Shown: piece after piece, positions 59,026 to 64,000 of the stretch | How positions within the stretch are numbered: the stretch's first letter is position 1 | How the letters are laid out: the number at the start of each line of letters is the position of its first letter | Assembly: GCA_028717265.1 (NCBI GenBank) | Contig: JAQUOE010000002.1 | Span: 36,948-100,947, forward strand | DNA from: Actinomycetota bacterium | GTDB taxonomy: Bacteria > Actinomycetota > Humimicrobiia > Humimicrobiales > Humimicrobiaceae | DNA length: 64,000 nucleotides | Direction of reading: 5' to 3' | The notes under the pieces: model-generated | Database searches by the model: none | Seen by the model: only the letters and a program-made list of their open reading frames with translations | What the model was told of the DNA's origin: nothing | Program-made: the position numbers and the translations under genes

Positions 59026-62000
59026 CTATACCCTGTCCCAGTTAATTTTATCCGAAAAAACTTCCTTAAGGTTTTCTTTAAGGGATTCGTTTAAATCTAT
59101 TCTGTATGCGGAAGGGAGTTTATATATCTTATCCGTATCTTCCCCGCTGTCATCTGTTATTCTAAACTCAACTTCATGGAATCCCGGATATTTTTTTAAT
59201 ATATCATAAAACCTGTTTATAAAATCCCTGTCAAGATCGTTCTTTTTTGCTGAAAAAATTATTCTGCCGTTTTTATCGCTTATTAATTCCTTCTGATCCC
59301 TGTTTAATACCTTATCTTTTTCCAGCTCTTCTATCTCATTCGCGATGATCTTCAGCTGGTCTTCTTTTTTATCCAGTTTTCCCTTTATTTTTACAATCTT
59401 ATCTTCCGCTATTATTCCCCTGCACTTAATAAGAACTGAGGGGAATACTATTACTTCTACACTATCACCTATATCCTCCAGGTCCAAAAAACACATCTGC
59501 TGGTCCTTCTTTGTGTATATGGTCTTTATTTTAGTTATTACTCCGCCAACGGCTATATTTGTTTTGTCTTCTACATCAGTAAGGACTTCTATCGGAGTCA
59601 CCCTGGAAAGAGAGTCTTCGTATTCGAATAAAGGATGCCCTGAGATATAAAGACCCAGCATTTCCTTTTCAAAGTTCAATAACTCTTTTTTAGAAAACTC
59701 CTGGAACTTCTCCTCGGTTTGATAGACTCCGTTCAGCATCATTTCTTTTTTTTGACCATCACCGATATCGAATAATGAGAATTGTCCAAGATCCCTGTCC
59801 CTTCTGATCTTCAGGGTTTCTTCCGTTATTCTTTCATAATTTTCCAGAAGATGTTTGCGGCTCTGGCCAAGAGAATCGAAGGTCCCGCTTTTAATCAGGC
59901 TCTCAAGCGTTTTTTTGTTTAGTACATTACTATCGACTCTTTCACAGAAATCGATGAAATTATCGAATCTACCGCCTTTTTTCCTTTCTTTTTCAATACA
60001 TTCGATAACATTCATCCCGACATTTTTAATTGCCGAAAGCCCGAATCTTATAGAATTCTCTACTACTGTAAAATCCGTAAAACTTCCATTGATGTCAGGT
60101 GGAAGTACTTCGATAGCCATTCTTCTGGTCTCATTTACATACTGGGCCACTTTTTCCTGACTCCCCATCCTGATACTGAGCAGGGCGGCCATGAATTCTA
60201 CAGGATATTTTGCTTTAAGATAAGCTGTCTGATATGAGATCATGGCATATGCGGCACTATGCGATTTATTGAATCCATATTCTGCAAAATGATTAACCAG
60301 TTCGAATATTTTCAGGGATATTTTCTCATCTATCCCTTTGTTTTTGGCTCCTTCTATAAATTTATTTTTTTGTTTTGAAAGCAAACTTCTTTTTTTCTTG
60401 CTTATGGCCCCTCTCAGAATATCTGCCTCCGACATGCTAAAACCAGCCAGGTCCGATGCAATACTCATGACCTGTTCCTGATACAGAATGATCCCATATG
60501 TACTTTCCAGTATTTTCTCCAGAGATGGGTGCGGGTAGCTAATCTTCTTCCTGCCATTTCTGCTTTCAACGAAATCACTTACCATGCCACTTTGAAGCGG
60601 ACCCGGTCTGTACAATGCCAGAAGAGCAATAAGATCTTCGAATTTAGTCGGCTTTAGATTTATTACCAGTTCACGCATCCCCGAGCTTTCAAGCTGGAAC
60701 ACTCCGAGACATTCGCCTTCGCTCAGCATCCTGAAAGTCTCTTTATCATCAAGATCGATTTTATTTATATCTATATCAATATTCTTAGTTTTTTTAATTA
60801 AAAATAGTGTCTTATCTATCAGCGATAGTGTTTTCAGTCCAAGAAAATCCATCTTAAGCAGTCCTATTTTTTGAATATCTTCCATCTTGTATTGAGTAAC
60901 AATATCGCCCTCATTTTCTTTTTGTATGGGCGTATAGTTATAAAGCTCTTCCGAAGATATTACAACTCCTGCAGCATGGATCGAGTCCTGTCTGGAAATT
61001 CCTTCAAGGGAAATAGCCGTATCGATTACTTCTTTTATTCTCATGTCGTTTTCATAAATCTCCTTTAAATCCGGAACCATTTCCAGCGAGTCTTTAATTG
61101 TCACATTTAATTCCATAGGAACCATTTTTGCTATTCGATCGACTTCCGCATAGGGAACTTCCATTACTCTTCCGGCATCCCTTATCGCCTGTCTGGCTGC
61201 CATCGTTCCAAAAGTTATCAACTGGGCAACCCTTTTATCGCCATATTTTTTAGTGACATACTTGATGACTTCGTCTCTCTTTTCGTAACAAAAATCTATA
61301 TCGATATCGGGCATGCTTTTACGTTCCTCATTTAAAAATCTCTCAAACAATAGTCCGTATTTTAAAGGTTCGATATCGGTTATGCCCAGGATATAAGAAA
61401 CTATACTGCCCGCTGCCGAACCTCTTCCCGGCCCCACCCTTATGTTATTATTTTTAGCATAGTTGATTAGATCCCATACTATTAGAAAATATTCGGAAAA
61501 TCCCATCTTCTCTATGACTTCCAGTTCTTTTTTTATTCTTCTGTCAATATCCGGGGTAATGTCGCCATATCTTTTCCCTGCGCCCTGATAACATAGTTTT
61601 TTTAAATATTCATCTGAGCTTAATCCATCGGAAATAGCGAAGGATGGTATGAGGTTCATGTCAAACTTTATATTTACATTGCATCTTTCGGCAATCTCCA
61701 GAGTGTTCTTAATGGCGCCCGGAAACTGTTTAAAAAGTTCTCTCATCTGATCGGAACTCTTGAAATAATATTCATCTGTCGGAAACTTCATACGTCCGGC
61801 TTCATTTATTGTTGAGCCTGTCTGTATGCAGAGCAGGACATCATGAGCTTTACTGTCCTCTTTATTTAAATAATGCACATCATTTGTTGCAACAAGCGGA
61901 ATATTATATTCAGAAGATAATTTAAGTAAGACTTCGTTTACTTTCTTTTGTTCCGGAATTCCTGAATCCTGAAGTTCCAAAAAAAAATTATCTCTACCAA

Positions 62001-62511
62001 AAATATCCAGATACTGTTCCAGATTTTTTTTTGCACCTTCGATTTGATCCAAAATAATATATTTGGGAATCTCGCCGGAGATACATCCGGAAAGAGCAAT
62101 CAAACCTTCTTTGAATTTACTCAGCAGTTCTTTATCAACTCTTGGTCTATAATAAAAACCTTCCAGGAATCCCATGCTGACCAGCCTCATCAGATTGTGG
62201 TAACCCTGGTTATTTTCTGCGAGCAAAGTAAGATGATAAAAGTTTCCTTCCTTTTTTTCTCTTTCAGATTGTTTTTCAAATCTGCTTTTGGGTGCCAGAT
62301 ATACCTCGCAGCCTATTATCGGTTTTATACCCATTTTCTTTGCCTGCGTATAAAATTCAATAACCCCATACATGACGCCATGGTCGGTCAATGCCAGAGC
62401 AGGCATATCATACTGGCTGGCTTTCTCGATTAATTTTTGTATTCTGGAAGCGCCATCTAACAATGAGAATTCACTATGGACATGCAAATGGACGAAATTG
62501 TCTTTTTTCAT
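59026..62511 (-). CDS. dnaE: DNA polymerase III alpha subunit (full-length DnaE1-type)
   Basis: 1161 aa. PHP domain (FVHLHVHSEFSLLDG), polymerase core, OB fold, and an additional C-terminal region of about 180 aa beyond the OB fold, consistent with a tau-binding region. Confidence 0.95.
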   Translation of the reverse strand: MKKDNFVHLHVHSEFSLLDGASRIQKLIEKASQYDMPALALTDHGVMYGVIEFYTQAKKMGIKPIIGCEVYLAPKSRFEKQSEREKKEGNFYHLTLLAENNQGYHNLMRLVSMGFLEGFYYRPRVDKELLSKFKEGLIALSGCISGEIPKYIILDQIEGAKKNLEQYLDIFGRDNFFLELQDSGIPEQKKVNEVLLKLSSEYNIPLVATNDVHYLNKEDSKAHDVLLCIQTGSTINEAGRMKFPTDEYYFKSSDQMRELFKQFPGAIKNTLEIAERCNVNIKFDMNLIPSFAISDGLSSDEYLKKLCYQGAGKRYGDITPDIDRRIKKELEVIEKMGFSEYFLIVWDLINYAKNNNIRVGPGRGSAAGSIVSYILGITDIEPLKYGLLFERFLNEERKSMPDIDIDFCYEKRDEVIKYVTKKYGDKRVAQLITFGTMAARQAIRDAGRVMEVPYAEVDRIAKMVPMELNVTIKDSLEMVPDLKEIYENDMRIKEVIDTAISLEGISRQDSIHAAGVVISSEELYNYTPIQKENEGDIVTQYKMEDIQKIGLLKMDFLGLKTLSLIDKTLFLIKKTKNIDIDINKIDLDDKETFRMLSEGECLGVFQLESSGMRELVINLKPTKFEDLIALLALYRPGPLQSGMVSDFVESRNGRKKISYPHPSLEKILESTYGIILYQEQVMSIASDLAGFSMSEADILRGAISKKKRSLLSKQKNKFIEGAKNKGIDEKISLKIFELVNHFAEYGFNKSHSAAYAMISYQTAYLKAKYPVEFMAALLSIRMGSQEKVAQYVNETRRMAIEVLPPDINGSFTDFTVVENSIRFGLSAIKNVGMNVIECIEKERKKGGRFDNFIDFCERVDSNVLNKKTLESLIKSGTFDSLGQSRKHLLENYERITEETLKIRRDRDLGQFSLFDIGDGQKKEMMLNGVYQTEEKFQEFSKKELLNFEKEMLGLYISGHPLFEYEDSLSRVTPIEVLTDVEDKTNIAVGGVITKIKTIYTKKDQQMCFLDLEDIGDSVEVIVFPSVLIKCRGIIAEDKIVKIKGKLDKKEDQLKIIANEIEELEKDKVLNRDQKELISDKNGRIIFSAKKNDLDRDFINRFYDILKKYPGFHEVEFRITDDSGEDTDKIYKLPSAYRIDLNESLKENLKEVFSDKINWDRV

Positions 62512-62567
62512 TCTAAAAAATCTTATTATTTATTTGACTTAAGGTATTGAATTGAAATTATTTAAAA

Positions 62568-64000
62568 TTAATAAACAACCCTGTATAGCTCTTCAAGGGA
62601 AGTTATTCCTTCTGCAACTTTATAGGCTCCACTCTCCAGGAGGGTTTTCATGCCCTCTTCTCTGGCAGCATCACTGATCTCATCCGTACTTTTTCTATTT
62701 AAAAGCATCTCTCTGATTCTTTTTGTAACCTCCAGTAACGAATATATACCTGTTCTTCCCAGATAACCGCTGAAGTTACATCTTTTGCATCCGACTGCTT
62801 TAAAAATCTTTTTACCTTTTAATATACGTTTAATTTCTTCATTAAACGAGGAATCAGGTAAATCTATTTCTTCTTTACAATTATCACATAATATTCTCAC
62901 CAATCTCTGAGCCACTATGCCGGTAATCGCAGATGATATCATATATGATTCCACTCCCATTTCCAGAAGCCTTGTAAGGCTTGATGGAGCATCATTGGTA
63001 TGCAAAGTGGTCAGAACCAGATGACCGGTAATTGCCGCTTCTACTGCTATCCTTGCAGTTTCTATATCTCTTATCTCTCCTATCAGAATTATATCCGGAT
63101 CACTTCGGAGCATTGCCCGCAGTCCCCTTGAAAAAGTCATATCTATCTTAGTATTTACCTGAACCTGCATTATTTGCGGAAACCTGTATTCAACAGGGTC
63201 CTCAATAGTGAATATCTTTTTTTCCACACTTGAAATATGATTCAAACTTGAATATAGAGTGGTAGTCTTTCCTGATCCTGTAGGACCCGTTATGACGACT
63301 GCTCCATGGGGCACAGATATCATTTTTAAATATTTTGGTACCTCTTCTTCGGACATCCCCGACTTTTTAATATCGAAAACTGACTCGTCTCTATCCAATA
63401 TTCTTATGGTAATATTTTCTCCAAAAACGGTAGGTATCGAAGCCAGCCTTAAATCAATTATCCTGTTACTGTAATTGATGGAACTTCTGCCGTCCTGCGG
63501 CAGTCTATTTTCGGTTATATCCATGCCGCCCATTATTTTATATCTCGAAATAAGAAGCCGCTGTACCGTTTTAGGAACATCTTTTATTTTTTGTAATACA
63601 CCATCTATTCTGAATCTTATTGTGCAATTCTTTTCCTGCGGTTCGACATGCACGTCGCTTGCCCGCAGTGATATTGCCTTTAGTATGATCTGATTCGCAA
63701 GCCTCACAAGAGGATTTTTTTCAACCAGGTCCTCCTCGAATTTTTTACCTATGGTAAAGTCCTCGTCTTTTATTATTTCCTGGACTTCTTTCAGACTGTA
63801 ATCATCCGAGGTGTATAACCTTATGATGTCCTCAATATTCTTTTTGGTACTGATATATGGCCTTACGTTATAACCTGTAAGCATCCTTATTTCACCAATG
63901 ACATTTATATCTCTCGGATCAGTCATCGCTACAGACAGGTTATTATCTCTTAGTTCGAATGGGAACACCTTCCTTTTAAATGCAAAATCTTTCGAGATCA
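62568..64000 (-). CDS. pilB: Type II secretion / type IV pilus assembly ATPase, GspE/PilB family (5' end lies beyond the window)
   Basis: T2SSE_N-like region (LSVAMTDPRD), Walker A VVITGPTGSGKTTTL, Asp and His boxes, and a C-terminal tetracysteine (CDNC...CKRC). The reading frame stays open upstream of the GTG at 63968 to the window edge. Confidence 0.85.
   Translation of the reverse strand, partial: ISKDFAFKRKVFPFELRDNNLSVAMTDPRDINVIGEIRMLTGYNVRPYISTKKNIEDIIRLYTSDDYSLKEVQEIIKDEDFTIGKKFEEDLVEKNPLVRLANQIILKAISLRASDVHVEPQEKNCTIRFRIDGVLQKIKDVPKTVQRLLISRYKIMGGMDITENRLPQDGRSSINYSNRIIDLRLASIPTVFGENITIRILDRDESVFDIKKSGMSEEEVPKYLKMISVPHGAVVITGPTGSGKTTTLYSSLNHISSVEKKIFTIEDPVEYRFPQIMQVQVNTKIDMTFSRGLRAMLRSDPDIILIGEIRDIETARIAVEAAITGHLVLTTLHTNDAPSSLTRLLEMGVESYMISSAITGIVAQRLVRILCDNCKEEIDLPDSSFNEEIKRILKGKKIFKAVGCKRCNFSGYLGRTGIYSLLEVTKRIREMLLNRKSTDEISDAAREEGMKTLLESGAYKVAEGITSLEELYRVVY

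Overview
This is a 64-kb window from an AT-rich (about 30% GC) bacterial chromosome and it is essentially a core housekeeping region. Nearly all genes are on the minus strand in tight operons, and start/stop overlaps indicate translational coupling. From low to high coordinates the window holds: a MacAB-type efflux operon; an MBL-fold hydrolase; the pheT-pheS-rplT-rpmI-infC block, with thrS further upstream and a radical SAM gene inserted between them; tRNA-Gly; a PH-like protein gene and a 3D-domain protein gene; a plus-strand dnaE paralog overlapping dinB behind a Cheo-type SOS-box promoter; a redox plus ABC-2 exporter operon (ferredoxin-thioredoxin-reductase-like/rubredoxin fusion, glutaredoxin-like protein, permease, ATPase); tRNA-Cys; an orphan AmmeMemoRadiSam radical SAM gene; tRNA-Leu(GAG), with a duplicated copy of its 3' end nearby; the oppABCDF operon followed by a second family-5 substrate-binding protein whose domain order looks circularly permuted; secG; the gap-pgk-tpiA-gpmI glycolytic cluster; rapZ; a DUF360 membrane protein; uvrC, uvrA and uvrB contiguous, preceded by coaE and rpsA; polA; a PD40 lipoprotein; tRNA-Leu(CAA); pfkA fused to the 3' end of a his operon (hisZ-hisG(short)-hisB-hisH-hisA-hisF-hisIE) that lacks hisC and hisD and is preceded by an opine-dehydrogenase-like gene and a B12-binding-like protein gene; a second, full-length dnaE; and the 3' part of a pilB/gspE ATPase gene. 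There is no CRISPR array, no transposase or integrase, and no obvious defence island. The most unusual items are the SOS-boxed dnaE-dinB cassette, the permuted substrate-binding protein, the tRNA-Leu 3'-end duplicate, the redox/exporter operon, and the gene pair ahead of the incomplete his operon. Many ORF-track starts are GTG/TTG and several appear over-extended; where the sequence supported it I moved them.
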